This document shows positions 42,972 through 53,560 of a stretch of 64,000 bases of DNA, one piece after another. Location: assembly GCA_963815215.1 (NCBI GenBank), contig CAWFFU010000003.1, forward strand, positions 864,001 through 928,000. The letters are read 5' to 3'. Both the position numbers and the translations under genes were made by a program. Below the pieces are notes generated by a model. It ran no database searches. It saw only the letters and a program-made list of their open reading frames with translations, and was not told the origin of the DNA. The stretch's first letter is position 1. Each line of letters starts with the position of its first letter. The DNA is from an uncultured Trueperaceae bacterium. Its GTDB lineage: Bacteria > Deinococcota > Deinococci > Deinococcales > Trueperaceae.

Positions 42972-44858
42972 ATGGCGGGCCGCCGCGTGGCGTCTCGCCT
43001 CCGGAAGGCACGGTTCGCTGTGCTGCGGTCCGTGGCTGTGCTGGCGTGCGCCATCGTACTGGCTCTCCTCGCGACGCTCCCGGCGGCAGCGGCGGCGACC
43101 CCACCGGCGGCGGCGCCCGACCTCCCGCTCGCACAGGTCGGTCCCGGCATGAAGGGATACGGACTGACCGCCGGTCCGGGCAACGAGCTGGTGAGCTTCG
43201 GGGTCGAGGTGCTCTCGATCCAGTTCGACGCCGGGCCCGGCTTCCCCCTGGTGCTGGTGCGCGCGTCCGGCACCTTCATCGACGCCAGCGGCGGGGTGTC
43301 GGCGGGTATGAGCGGCAGCCCGGTGTACCTCTCCACGGCCAACGGCCCGCGACTGCTGGGCGCCATCGGCTACGTCTTCCCTTCGGCCGACCACCACCTG
43401 GCCATGGTCACGCCGATCGCAATCATGCGGCGCGCGGCCGACCACGCGGCGTTCGGCCCCGCCGACGGCCCCGTGGCAGTGGCAGGCCTGGGCCGAGCGA
43501 TCCCGGCGGCGACGCCGATCCTGTTGTCGGGCCTGGACCGCGATGCCGCCGCGCTGTTGGCGCCGCTGTTCCGCGACAAGCGCGTCACCCCCTTCCCGGC
43601 CCAGGCGTCTGGCTCGCTGCCGGCCGGCGACGACCCTTCCTACGCGCTCGTGCCCGGCAGCCCCATCAGCGTCGAGCTCGCCCGCGGAGCCGTCACCATC
43701 GGCGCGGTGGGCACGGTGACGGCGATCGACGGGGACCACGTCCTCGCCTTCGGGCACCCGCTTCTCGGCCTCGGTAACGTGGCCCTGCCGCTGGCGCCGG
43801 CGTATGTGACCGCGGTGGTGTCCAGCTCCGTGGTGCCCTTCAAGCTGGCGAACAGTGGCCAGAAGCCGCTGGGGACCATCGCGCAGGACCGTCCGGCCGC
43901 CGTTGCCGGCACGGTCGGCGCCGGGCCCCCCATGATCCCGGTGACGCTGACCGTCGACGCCCCGGCCGGCAGCACCACCTACCACGAGGAGGTCGCGGCC
44001 GACGAGCGCCTCTACCCGCAGCTCGTCGCGGCCGCCAGCCAGCAGCTCATCGCGCAGAGCCTCTCCGAGACCACCGGCGGCTACGCTCAGGTCGGCTGGG
44101 AGATCGATCTCGGGGGCGGCGATCAACTCAACCTGGTGGAGCAGGCGGACGATCCCACCGACATCGCCACCGCCACCGCGCGGCTCATCGGCAGCCCCCT
44201 GCAAGCGCTGGCGACCAACGTGTTCCGGGCGCCGGGCATCGTTGCCGTCAAGATCAACGTCCGCATCTCGAGCCACCGCAGCAGCGGCGAGATCGTCGAT
44301 GTGGTGGCCGAGAACCCCAAGGTCGACCCGGGCACCTCGGTGGTGCTCCATGTGCGGCTGCAGCCCTTCCGCCAGGAACCGCTGGTGAGGACGCTGAGCG
44401 TCAAGTTGCCCGACGGCGTCCGCGGGAAGGTGACGCTCACCGTCCGCGGCGGCGACGTGACGCCCAAGTCCGACGCCGCGCAGACGCCGGCCACGGATCG
44501 GCCGCGCTCCTTCCCAGAGTTGCTCGACGCCCTGCGCCAGAAGCCCCAGGCCAGCGAGTTGGTGGTGGAGGCGCCCGACAAGGACGGCAACGTCCGGCGC
44601 TTGGAGCGGATGGCGCTGCCGTTCGTCGTCACCGGAAGCCGCACCGTCGAGGTCACCGTCAAGGGCGGCGAGGCGCCTCCCGACGGGCAACCAGCCGGCT
44701 CGAGCGGCGGCACGAGCGGTGCGCCGAGCGCGCCCAGCCCGGCCCCGCCGAAGCTCGACCAACCGCCCGCCGGAACGCCGCCGCCCACGCCAGAAGGCCC
44801 CAAGCCCAACGGAGACGGCAACTCCGCGGCGAGCGGCATCGGAGGGGGAACGCCTTGA
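42972..44858 (+). CDS. Secreted SpoIVB-type (S55) peptidase domain protein
   Basis: Signal/TM segment; [16 protein letters not shown] and AFGHP motifs; Pro-rich tail. Confidence 0.8.
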   Translation: MAGRRVASRLRKARFAVLRSVAVLACAIVLALLATLPAAAAATPPAAAPDLPLAQVGPGMKGYGLTAGPGNELVSFGVEVLSIQFDAGPGFPLVLVRASGTFIDASGGVSAGMSGSPVYLSTANGPRLLGAIGYVFPSADHHLAMVTPIAIMRRAADHAAFGPADGPVAVAGLGRAIPAATPILLSGLDRDAAALLAPLFRDKRVTPFPAQASGSLPAGDDPSYALVPGSPISVELARGAVTIGAVGTVTAIDGDHVLAFGHPLLGLGNVALPLAPAYVTAVVSSSVVPFKLANSGQKPLGTIAQDRPAAVAGTVGAGPPMIPVTLTVDAPAGSTTYHEEVAADERLYPQLVAAASQQLIAQSLSETTGGYAQVGWEIDLGGGDQLNLVEQADDPTDIATATARLIGSPLQALATNVFRAPGIVAVKINVRISSHRSSGEIVDVVAENPKVDPGTSVVLHVRLQPFRQEPLVRTLSVKLPDGVRGKVTLTVRGGDVTPKSDAAQTPATDRPRSFPELLDALRQKPQASELVVEAPDKDGNVRRLERMALPFVVTGSRTVEVTVKGGEAPPDGQPAGSSGGTSGAPSAPSPAPPKLDQPPAGTPPPTPEGPKPNGDGNSAASGIGGGTP

Positions 44859-45874
44859 ACGCGCCCACGCACGACAGCGTCACGCTGGCCTCGAGCCTGC
44901 AGGGGAACCATGTGGGTCCCGCCGTGCCGGTCCGGTGGCTCGCCTCACCGGCAGGCGCCGGGCCCGGCGCCGTCGTCGTCGCCCCGGACGCGGCCGCCCT
45001 GGCGATCGCCCTGGCGGGCGCTCCGGCCGTTGTCGTGCTGCCGCACGAGCTTGCGCTCCCCGAGCCGCCCCCCTGCAGCGGCATCCGGGTCGATGACCCG
45101 CGCCTGGCGCTGGCGCAGCTCAGCGCCCTGTTCGACCGGCGACCCGCCGGGCCGGCGGGCGTGCACGCCACGGCGGTGGTCGCGGCCGACGCCTCGCTAG
45201 GCGACGACGTCGCCATCGGCCCGCACAGCGTCGTCGAGGCCGGTGCCTCGATCGCCGCGGGCACGCGCATCGGCCCCAACTGCAGCATCGGCGCCGGCGC
45301 GGTCCTGGGCCGGGACTGCCGCCTTCACGCCGGCGTGGCGCTCTACGACGGCGTTGTTTTGGGCGAGCGCGTCGAGCTTCACAGCGGCTGCGTGGTCGGG
45401 GCGGACGGCTTCGGGTATGCCGCCGGGCCCGGCGGCGCCGCCAAGATCCACCACCTCGGCAGCGTGATCATCGGCGACGACGTCGAGATCGGCGCCAACA
45501 GCTCGGTCGACCGCGGCACGCTGGACCCGACCCGCATCGGGCCGCGCAGCAAGATCGACAACCACTGCCAGCTCGGGCACAACGTGACGATCGGCAGCGA
45601 CTGCCTGATCGCCGCCATGACCGCGATCGCCGGCAGCACCCGTGTCGGGGATCGCACGATCCTCGGTGGCTACGTCGCCGTGACCGATCACGTCGCGATC
45701 GGCGCCGACGTCCGCATCGCGGGCCGAGCCGGGGTCACCAAGGACGTTCCCGACGGGGAGACGTGGGCGGGCTTCCCCGCCCAGCCTTACCGCCGCTGGG
45801 TACGCGGACTGTACTTGCAGGGCCGGCTCGAGCGCATCTGGCAGGCCGTGAAGGGGCACGATGCCCAGCCTTGA
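44855..45874 (+). CDS. lpxD: UDP-3-O-acylglucosamine N-acyltransferase
   Basis: Hexapeptide repeats; [31 protein letters not shown]. Confidence 0.9.
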   Translation: MNAPTHDSVTLASSLQGNHVGPAVPVRWLASPAGAGPGAVVVAPDAAALAIALAGAPAVVVLPHELALPEPPPCSGIRVDDPRLALAQLSALFDRRPAGPAGVHATAVVAADASLGDDVAIGPHSVVEAGASIAAGTRIGPNCSIGAGAVLGRDCRLHAGVALYDGVVLGERVELHSGCVVGADGFGYAAGPGGAAKIHHLGSVIIGDDVEIGANSSVDRGTLDPTRIGPRSKIDNHCQLGHNVTIGSDCLIAAMTAIAGSTRVGDRTILGGYVAVTDHVAIGADVRIAGRAGVTKDVPDGETWAGFPAQPYRRWVRGLYLQGRLERIWQAVKGHDAQP

Positions 45875-46646
45875 GGGCACGGGCGTGCACAGTGGCGCCC
45901 TGTGCCGCGTCACGCTGCACCCCGAGGAGGGCCCGCTGCGCTTCCGGCGGCGCGGTCACGACATCCCCGCCACCCTCGACGCGGTGGTCGACAGTCGCCG
46001 CGCGACCACGCTCGGCCGCGAAGGCGAGCGCGTGGCGGTGGTCGAGCACCTGCTCGCTGCACTGGCCGTGCGGGGCTACTGGTCGGGCCTGGTCATCGAG
46101 GTCTCGGCGACGGAGATGCCCATCCTCGACGGCTCGGCGCGGGCCTGGTACGACCTGCTGAGCGAGCTGCCCCCACCGCCACCGCCCCCCGCCCCGATGC
46201 GCCCACAGCGCAACGTCTCGATCGCGTCGGGGGGCGCGCGCGCCGAGCTCGAGCCGGGGGCTGCGACGCTGTGTTACGGCATCGACTTCGAGCACCCCGC
46301 CATCGGCGAGCAGCACTGGTGCGGCGGCCCCGAGCGCTACCGGGAACTCCTCGACGCCCGCACCTTCGGGCTGCTTTCGGAGGTCGAAGCGCTGCGCGCG
46401 CAAGGTTTCGCTTCCGGCGCCAACCTCGAAAATGCTATCGTCTTTGGTGAGGAGGGCCCGCTGGTACCTTTGCGCGCGGAGAACGAGCCGGTGCGACACA
46501 AGGCCCTCGATGCCCTGGGGGATCTCTACTTGCTCGGACGACCGCTCGAAGCTCGGGTTACCTTCTGGCGAGGCTCGCACGCCTTGCACGCCGCCCTTAT
46601 GAGAGAGCTGCTACGTCCCACCACCCAGGCGGACCCCGCGCGATGA
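45861..46646 (+). CDS. lpxC: UDP-3-O-acyl-GlcNAc deacetylase
   Basis: [26 protein letters not shown] and the zinc motif [10 protein letters not shown]. Confidence 0.92.
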   Translation: MPSLEGTGVHSGALCRVTLHPEEGPLRFRRRGHDIPATLDAVVDSRRATTLGREGERVAVVEHLLAALAVRGYWSGLVIEVSATEMPILDGSARAWYDLLSELPPPPPPPAPMRPQRNVSIASGGARAELEPGAATLCYGIDFEHPAIGEQHWCGGPERYRELLDARTFGLLSEVEALRAQGFASGANLENAIVFGEEGPLVPLRAENEPVRHKALDALGDLYLLGRPLEARVTFWRGSHALHAALMRELLRPTTQADPAR

Positions 46647-47608
46647 GGGCCTTGCGGGTCGCGGTCGTCGGTGCCGGCGTGATGGGCCGCTTCCACGCCA
46701 ACAACTACGCCGCCCTCCCGCACGTGGAGCTGGTCGCGGTCGCCGACCCCGACCCGGATCGGCGCGCCGAAGCGCGCGCCTCGTTCGCATGCCGGGCCTA
46801 CGGCTCGCTCGACGAGCTATTGACGGCCGAGTCGTTCGACGCCGCCAGCGTGGCGGTACCCACCAGCCTCCACTTCTCGGTGACCAAGCGCCTGCTCGAA
46901 GCGGGCGTCCACGTGCTGGTGGAGAAACCGGTGGCGACCGACGTGGCCCAGGCGCGCGAGCTGGCGACGCTGTCGCGCCGTCTCGGCCTGGTCCTGCAGG
47001 TGGGCCACATCACCCGCTTCTACCGAGCCGTCCAGTTGCTGGGCGAGCAGGTCCGGCATCCCTACCTGATCGAAGCGCGGCGCATGGTCCCTTACGCCCG
47101 CATCAAGGACGTCGGTGTGGTGCTGGACCTCATGATCCACGACCTCGACATCGTGCTCCGGTTGATCCCGGCCGCCCCCGTCGACATCAGCGTGGCGGGC
47201 CGCGCCCTCAACGGCACCCCCTTGGAGGACGTCGCGGCGGCCCAGATCACGTTCGAGGGCGGCTGCATCGCGCGCTTCCTGGCGAGCCGCGTCGCACCCG
47301 ACGCCGAGCGCAGCCTGGTCGTGGCCGAGCCGCATCAGACGATGCGGCTCGATTTCGCGAAGGAGCCGTACACCGAGATCGCCATCTACCGGCAGCCCAA
47401 TGCCAGCTCCGATACCGGCCACGTGCAACTCGATCGGCACGTCGTCCATGAGGACAACCCCTTGCGCAAGGAGCTCGAGCACTTCCTGGCGCGCATCCGT
47501 CGCGACGCCGACCCCATCGGCACGCTCGACGACGATCTCAGGTCGCTCGAGCTGGCGGCCCGCTTGCTGGAGAAGATCCGCAGCGAGCCCCACCCCGTCC
47601 CGGCCTGA
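46643..47608 (+). CDS. Gfo/Idh/MocA oxidoreductase (GnnA-like by context)
   Basis: GAGVMG, LVEKP, DLMIHDLD; embedded in the lpx cluster. Confidence 0.82.
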   Translation: MRALRVAVVGAGVMGRFHANNYAALPHVELVAVADPDPDRRAEARASFACRAYGSLDELLTAESFDAASVAVPTSLHFSVTKRLLEAGVHVLVEKPVATDVAQARELATLSRRLGLVLQVGHITRFYRAVQLLGEQVRHPYLIEARRMVPYARIKDVGVVLDLMIHDLDIVLRLIPAAPVDISVAGRALNGTPLEDVAAAQITFEGGCIARFLASRVAPDAERSLVVAEPHQTMRLDFAKEPYTEIAIYRQPNASSDTGHVQLDRHVVHEDNPLRKELEHFLARIRRDADPIGTLDDDLRSLELAARLLEKIRSEPHPVPA

Positions 47609-47689
47609 GTACGGCACTCTGGCGGGAGACGCCGGGTGCCTCCGTCCCGGACGCGAGGGCGGTGCCGGGGCCTGCGATAGACTACGCGC

Positions 47690-48112
47690 ATGACCGTGGA
47701 CGTCCGCGATATCCTCCCCCACCGCTTCCCCTTCCTGCTGGTCGACGCCTTCGTTTCCCAGGAGGGTGACGCCTTCGAATGCGTCAAGAACGTCAGCCAC
47801 GGCGAGCCCTACTTCCAGGGGCACTTCCCCGACGAGCCCGTCATGCCCGGCGTGCTCATCGTCGAGGCACTCGCCCAGGCCGCCGCCGTGGGACTGAGCG
47901 TGCGAGACGGCACGGTGGGCTCGGGGCAGACCGGCTACCTGGCGGCCATCGACGGCGCCAAGTTCCGGCGCAAGGTCGTCCCCGGCGACCGCCTGCGGCT
48001 CACGGGCGAGATCCTCATGTTCCGGCGCGGCCTGTGCAAGGTGGCCGCCAGGGCGCTGGTGGGCGATGACGTGGCCGCCGAGGCGACGCTCTCGTTCATG
48101 TACGCCCGTTGA
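47690..48112 (+). CDS. fabZ: 3-hydroxyacyl-ACP dehydratase
   Basis: LPHRFPFLLVD and FQGHFP..PVMPGVL..EALAQ motifs. Confidence 0.95.
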   Translation: MTVDVRDILPHRFPFLLVDAFVSQEGDAFECVKNVSHGEPYFQGHFPDEPVMPGVLIVEALAQAAAVGLSVRDGTVGSGQTGYLAAIDGAKFRRKVVPGDRLRLTGEILMFRRGLCKVAARALVGDDVAAEATLSFMYAR

Positions 48113-48129
48113 CGCGCGAGGGTGAAGCC

Positions 48130-48915
48130 GTGAGCGTTCCCGCCAGCGCCACCGTCCACCCGGGAGCCCACGTGCATCCGGACGCCCGCCTCGCCCCCGG
48201 CGTGAGGGTCGGGCCGGGGGCGGTCGTGGAGGGCGACGTCGAGATCGGCGACGGAAGCGAAGTGCTGGCGGGCACGGTGATCTACGACGGCAGCCGCATC
48301 GGGGCGCGCTGCCGGCTGGGTCCCTATGCCGTGATCGGCGGCCTCCCCATGGACAGCCACTTCGAGGGCGAGCCCAGCCTCGTCGTGATCGAAGACGGCG
48401 TGAGCTTGCGCGATTTCGTCACCGTGAACCGTGCCACAGGCGAGGGCGCACAGACGACGGTCGGCGCCGAGAGCCTGCTGATGAGCTACGTGCACGTGTC
48501 CCACAACACCCGCGTCGGGCGGGGCTGCGTGCTCACCACCGCGGTGCAGCTCGGCGGACACAGCGAGATCGGCGACCACGCCGTCCTCGGCTCGAACGCG
48601 CTCATCCACCAGTTCTGTCGCGTAGGCGAGTACGCCATGTTCGGCGCCGCCAGCGCCAGCAACAAGGACGTGTTGCCGTTCACCATGGCGCGCGGCAACC
48701 CTGCCCGCCACTACCGCCTCAATCGCGTGGGCCTCGGGCGCCATGGGATCGACGGCGAGCGCTACCGGGCGCTGGAGCAGGCCGTGCACGCGCTGAGGCA
48801 CCGCGACCGGGCGCGCCTCGACGAGCTCGCCCTCGGCAGTCCCGACGTACGCCGTCTGCTGGCGTTCGCCGACGCTTCCAAGCGCGGCATCGCCCGTTTC
48901 GTGGGCGGAGGCTGA
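48130..48915 (+). CDS. lpxA: Acyl-ACP--UDP-GlcNAc O-acyltransferase
   Basis: Hexapeptide repeats; HVSHN (catalytic His region), IHQFCRVG, KDVLPF, LNRVGL. Confidence 0.9.
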   Translation: MSVPASATVHPGAHVHPDARLAPGVRVGPGAVVEGDVEIGDGSEVLAGTVIYDGSRIGARCRLGPYAVIGGLPMDSHFEGEPSLVVIEDGVSLRDFVTVNRATGEGAQTTVGAESLLMSYVHVSHNTRVGRGCVLTTAVQLGGHSEIGDHAVLGSNALIHQFCRVGEYAMFGAASASNKDVLPFTMARGNPARHYRLNRVGLGRHGIDGERYRALEQAVHALRHRDRARLDELALGSPDVRRLLAFADASKRGIARFVGGG

Positions 48916-48917
48916 AG

Positions 48918-50165
48918 GTGCCCGCCGAGGCCGTGCTGGTCGCAAACGGGCCCGGCGAGCTCTACACCTGGGTACGGCCGGTGCTGCGCGAGCTACGGCG
49001 GCGCGCCCCCGATCGGGGGGTGGGCATCAGCCTCATCCCCTGCCAGTTCGCCAGCGGGCACGAGACCGCCATCGCGCAGGGCTTCGGCGCCGACGTCGTG
49101 ACGTCGCCGGCGCAGTACCTGCGAGCGTCGGCCACGGGCGGTCTTCCGGCCGGGCTCGAGCGCTCGGCGGAGGGCGACGGCTCCGGCTTCGTGCTCAGCC
49201 TGGGAGGCAACGTGAGCATGGCGGTGAGCCTGGCGCGGCGGCTCGGGCGCCCCGTCTACCGCTACAGCTTCGAGCCGGGCTGGCATCGCGGCCTCAGCGC
49301 CCTGTTCGTTCCCGACGAGCGGGTCGCGCGACGGGCGCGCCGGAGCGGCGCACCGGCGCAGCGCCTGACGGTGGTCGGCAACCTGGTGGCCGACGCCGTC
49401 GAGCTCGACGCGCCTGCCGCCGATCCCGGCGCGCCCCATGTGGTGCTGTTCCCCGGCAGCCGCGACGGCTTCTCGGTGCACCTCATCCCCTTCTTCATCG
49501 CCCTGGTCGATCGGCTGGCCCAGGCACTGCCGCAGGCGCGCTTCGTGTGGCCGGTGAGCCGCCTGCTCACCGACGCCACCCTCGCCGACGGCATCGCGGG
49601 GCGCGAGGCCGCGACGCTCGGCGGCGTCGCCGGGGTGCGCGACGGCGACCGCGTGCTCACCCCCTCGGGAGCGATCATCGAGATGGTCCCGGAGGCCGAT
49701 CGCTACGCCCACATGCGCGCCGCCGATCTGGCGGTGACGATCCCGGGGACCAACACCCTGGAGCTCGGGGTCGCGGGGGTGCCCGGCGTGGTGCTGTTGC
49801 CGCTCAACCGGCCCGAAATGATCCCGCTCGAAGGAGCCGGACACTGGCTGGGCCTCGTCCCCGGTGTCGGACGGTACCTGAAGCGTTACGCGGTCCGGCT
49901 GTGGGTCGAAGGCCTGTCGACTCCGGTCTCGCTTCCCAACCGTTTCACCGGCGAGGACCTGATGCTGGAGCTCAGCGGACGCCTCGACGCCGATGCCGTG
50001 GCCGACCGCACGCTCGCGTTGTGGCGCGACCCGGCCGATCGGGAGCGGCGCAGGCAGCGCCTGCGGGCCACCATGCCGCGGCCCGGCGCGGCGGCGGCGC
50101 TGCTCGACGCCATCGACGCCGACCTCGGCATCACCCGCCGCCACTCCGGGACCGCCGCACCGTGA
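48918..50165 (+). CDS. Lipid-A-disaccharide synthase-like glycosyltransferase (divergent LpxB)
   Basis: NGPGE..TWVRPV, VGNL, FPGSR and PGTNTLELG motifs; position after lpxA. Confidence 0.72.
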   Translation: MPAEAVLVANGPGELYTWVRPVLRELRRRAPDRGVGISLIPCQFASGHETAIAQGFGADVVTSPAQYLRASATGGLPAGLERSAEGDGSGFVLSLGGNVSMAVSLARRLGRPVYRYSFEPGWHRGLSALFVPDERVARRARRSGAPAQRLTVVGNLVADAVELDAPAADPGAPHVVLFPGSRDGFSVHLIPFFIALVDRLAQALPQARFVWPVSRLLTDATLADGIAGREAATLGGVAGVRDGDRVLTPSGAIIEMVPEADRYAHMRAADLAVTIPGTNTLELGVAGVPGVVLLPLNRPEMIPLEGAGHWLGLVPGVGRYLKRYAVRLWVEGLSTPVSLPNRFTGEDLMLELSGRLDADAVADRTLALWRDPADRERRRQRLRATMPRPGAAAALLDAIDADLGITRRHSGTAAP

Positions 50166-51862
50166 AGCGCGCGGGTGCGGGCCCTGCGCGGCCGCATGAT
50201 CTGCCCTCGTTGCTGTTGCCGACGAAGCCGCGCGCGATCGTCGGGATGGGCGCCGCCCTCGTCGGATCGGTACTGCGCGTGGCCATCGTCCCCGTGTTCG
50301 TCACTCCCATCTTCGATCAGGTCGTGAATCGGCAGGACCTGTCCCATCTGCCCTCGATCCTGGTGACCGCAGGTGCGGTGGCGCTCACCGGGGCCCTGGC
50401 TCTGTGGGCCCAGGACGCCCTCCTGGGGCGCTCCGCCGCGACCGTCACCCGGACCTGGCGCAGCGGTCTGTACCGCCGCCTGTTGCAGCGACCGCCCGGC
50501 ACCCTGCCCGGCAGCAGCGGCGGCCTCGCGAGCCGGATCCTGACGGACCTGCGAGAGATCGAGACGTACTTCCGCTTCGGAATCGGAACGCTGGTGGCCG
50601 AGTCCGGCACGGTCCTGGCCATCCTGGCCTACCTGTTCGGCACCAACATCGTGGCATCGACGATGCTGGTCGGTTTCGGGCTGCCGACGCTGCTGGCGCT
50701 GCGCTGGATCGGCGGCGCGCTGGAGCACGTGGCGGAGCGCTCGCAGGTGGGCACCGAAGCGCTGGGGCGCCACATCCAGGAAGGGCTCAAGCACCATGAG
50801 ACGGTACGCGCGTTCGATGCCGCGCCGATGATGTTGGAGCGCTTCGAACCGGAGAACCGTCGTACCGCCCGCGCCATGGCTCAACGGAGCCTCATCTCCG
50901 GGGCCCAGATCCCCATCACCCAGGTGCTGCTGTTCGCGGCGGTGGGTCTCCTCGTCGTCCTCCTGGCCGGCAGCGTTGAGCGCGGGGCGATGTCCGCGGG
51001 GCAGCTGGTCTCGTTCGTCACGCTGGTGGCCCTGCTGTCCACGCCGGCGCAGCTCCTCCCCAAGGGCTACGCCCTGTTGCGCGAGGCCCAGGCCGCCGCC
51101 AAGCGGCTCCGCACGCTCGCCGGCTCCGATGCCCCACGCCCGGCGACGGCCGACCGGCCCTGCGCCGGTCCCGCCCGCGGCCACGGGCTCGAGCTCGCTG
51201 AGGTCTCGTTCGCGTACCCCGACGGGCCGTGGGTCCTGACCGGGATCGAGGCGAGCCTTCCCGAGCACGGGCTCGTCGTCATCACCGGCGAGAGCGGGGC
51301 GGGCAAGACCACCCTGCTGCGGCTCCTGCTGGGGTTCCTACAGCCCGTTCGAGGCTGCATCTGGCTCGACGGCGAAGCGCTCGACGCGCTGCCCGAGAGC
51401 GTGCTCCGATCGCGCGTCAGCTACGTCCCGCAGGCGCATGAGGTGCTCTCCGGCCCCCTGCGCCAGAGCCTCCTCATGGGCCGCGTCCTCCCCGACGATC
51501 GGCTATGGCAGGCCTTGGAGGCGGTCGGGCTGGAGGAGATGGTGCGACGCCTGGCTCGCGGCCTCGATCACGAGCTGGCCGAGGACGGGGCAGGTCTGTC
51601 GGGCGGTCAGCGGCAACGGCTGGCCCTGGCCCGGGCTCTCCTCACGCAACCGCGGGTGCTGCTCCTGGACGAGCCCACCTCGAGTCTCGACGAGGCGAGC
51701 GAAGCCGGATTGGTGGAGATGCTGCGGGCACAGGCGCAGCGGCGACTGGTGGTCGCGGTCGCGCATCGCCCAGCCCTCGTACGCGCCGCGGACCACACCT
51801 TCCATCTGAGCGGCGGCGCCCTGGTGCGGCTGCCCGCTCAGGACGCGGAGATGCGCCGCTGA
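50162..51862 (+). CDS. ABC exporter, fused TMD-NBD (MsbA-like)
   Basis: N-terminal TMs; GESGAGKT, LSGGQRQR, LLLDEPT. Confidence 0.85.
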   Translation: MKRAGAGPARPHDLPSLLLPTKPRAIVGMGAALVGSVLRVAIVPVFVTPIFDQVVNRQDLSHLPSILVTAGAVALTGALALWAQDALLGRSAATVTRTWRSGLYRRLLQRPPGTLPGSSGGLASRILTDLREIETYFRFGIGTLVAESGTVLAILAYLFGTNIVASTMLVGFGLPTLLALRWIGGALEHVAERSQVGTEALGRHIQEGLKHHETVRAFDAAPMMLERFEPENRRTARAMAQRSLISGAQIPITQVLLFAAVGLLVVLLAGSVERGAMSAGQLVSFVTLVALLSTPAQLLPKGYALLREAQAAAKRLRTLAGSDAPRPATADRPCAGPARGHGLELAEVSFAYPDGPWVLTGIEASLPEHGLVVITGESGAGKTTLLRLLLGFLQPVRGCIWLDGEALDALPESVLRSRVSYVPQAHEVLSGPLRQSLLMGRVLPDDRLWQALEAVGLEEMVRRLARGLDHELAEDGAGLSGGQRQRLALARALLTQPRVLLLDEPTSSLDEASEAGLVEMLRAQAQRRLVVAVAHRPALVRAADHTFHLSGGALVRLPAQDAEMRR

Positions 51863-52401
51863 AGCGTCAGCTCGGGCCAGCGCACCAGCCACGCCTCCGG
51901 CATCCGCAGATCGCGCCACAGCTCATAGGCATCGAGGCCGCTCGGACTCGCAACCAGTAGGCTCATGACCTTGCCGTGCGCGACCACGGCGGGGCGCTCG
52001 CCCGGGTTGCGCTCCAGGGCGGTCTGCAGGCCCGCCCTGAAGCGCTCGCGGGCTTCCGTCGCCGTCTCGCTGCCGAACACCAGCACGTCGGGGTAGCGGA
52101 AGAAGCGCCGCACCGTGCCCTGCCATGCCTCCTCGCCGAGCACAGGAAGGTTCCCCCGCTCGTGCTCGTGCAGACGCGGAACCGAAGCGAACGGTAGTTC
52201 CAGGTGACGGGCCAGATCGCGCCCGGTGGCGACGGCCTTGGGTTCGGTGCTGGCCACCACCAGATCGAGATCGAGCGGCGCCAGTCGGTTCGCCAGCGTC
52301 CGGATGGTCTCCCCCGCCCCCTCCACGAGCCGCCACTGGGAGGCGGGGACATCGGCCCGCAGCCGCGAGGGAGCATGGCGAACCAGCACCAGCTCCGTCA
52401 T
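51838..52401 (-). CDS. Histidine phosphatase family protein
   Basis: LVRHA (RHG variant), LHE, VVAHG. Confidence 0.8.
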   Translation of the reverse strand: MTELVLVRHAPSRLRADVPASQWRLVEGAGETIRTLANRLAPLDLDLVVASTEPKAVATGRDLARHLELPFASVPRLHEHERGNLPVLGEEAWQGTVRRFFRYPDVLVFGSETATEARERFRAGLQTALERNPGERPAVVAHGKVMSLLVASPSGLDAYELWRDLRMPEAWLVRWPELTLQRRISAS

Positions 52402-53558
52402 CCGGCCAGAGCCTCCAACGCAGCGCCGACGGCTCGCCCGAAGGGCGCCTCGCCCCCGAGGGCGCGAACCGCGTCCTCCAGGGCGGCCGCCAGCGTCACC
52501 ACGTCGAACCGGTCGGCGTAGCCGAGCACGCTGGGACGGATCAGGTGGGGCTTGGCGGCGTCCTGCCCGGCACCGATGCGGATGCCGGCCTCCGCCAACT
52601 GCCGGACGACCGCGCTAGCGTCGATGCCTTCCGGCGTTCGCAACGCGGCCACGGCAGGGCTCGGGCGCTCGGCGTAGCGTTCGAAGCCGACCGCCTCGCC
52701 GGCGCACAGGAGCGCCTCGTTCAGCGCTGCGCGGCGTTGCCACACCGCCTCCACGCCCTCGTCGAGCAGCACGTTCAGGGCCGCGTCGAGCCCGGCGATC
52801 AGGCTCACGGCCGGCGTGGTGGCTGTCTGATCCTGCGCCTGCCGCTCGCGCTCGCGCCGCAAATCGAGGTAGTAGCCGGGCACCAGAGCACCCCGCCGCG
52901 CCAGCTCGTCGCTGCGCCGCCAGGCGCGCTCGGAGAGGTACGCGAACGCCAGCCCGGGCGGCACCATGAGCCCCTTCTGCGACCCCGACACCACCACGTC
53001 GAGGCCCCACGCGCGCGGTCGCAGCTCGGCCGCGGCGAGGCTGGTCACGGCGTCCACCACCATCAGGGCGTCGGGTGCTTCCTCCCGGACCGCCGCAGCG
53101 ATCCGCTCGACGTCGTGCAGCACCCCGGTCGACGTCTCGGAGTGGGTGGTGGTGACGGCCGCCACCTGCGGGTCGGCGCGCAGCGCGTCGCGCACCCGTT
53201 CCACGTCGATCGCGCGACCCCAGGCCTGCTCCACGACGACCACCCGGAAGCCGAAGCGGCGCGCCATGTCGGCCCAGCGCTCGCCGAACTTGCCGGCGTG
53301 CAGGCTGAGGACCGTTCCGCCAGCGGGCACGGCGGCGAGCAGGGCCGCCTCGAATCCGGCGGTTCCGCTCCCCGTCACCATCAGCATCTCCTCGCCGGGC
53401 ACCATGGCCACCTCGGCCAGACGTGTGCGCACCCGGGCGAAGAGCTCCTTGAAGGGCCCGCTGCGGTGGTGCACGACCGGACGCGCGATGGCTTCCAGCA
53501 CCGCCGGGGGGACCTCGACCGGACCCGGCGCGAGCAGGCGAGTCTTGATCATCGCCAC
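52398..53558 (-). CDS. Class V PLP aminotransferase (serine-pyruvate/alanine-glyoxylate family)
   Basis: PGPV, GSGT, HSETSTG, VDAV, SGSQKG..PPGL. Confidence 0.88.
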   Translation of the reverse strand: MAMIKTRLLAPGPVEVPPAVLEAIARPVVHHRSGPFKELFARVRTRLAEVAMVPGEEMLMVTGSGTAGFEAALLAAVPAGGTVLSLHAGKFGERWADMARRFGFRVVVVEQAWGRAIDVERVRDALRADPQVAAVTTTHSETSTGVLHDVERIAAAVREEAPDALMVVDAVTSLAAAELRPRAWGLDVVVSGSQKGLMVPPGLAFAYLSERAWRRSDELARRGALVPGYYLDLRRERERQAQDQTATTPAVSLIAGLDAALNVLLDEGVEAVWQRRAALNEALLCAGEAVGFERYAERPSPAVAALRTPEGIDASAVVRQLAEAGIRIGAGQDAAKPHLIRPSVLGYADRFDVVTLAAALEDAVRALGGEAPFGRAVGAALEALAG

Positions 53559-53560
53559 GG

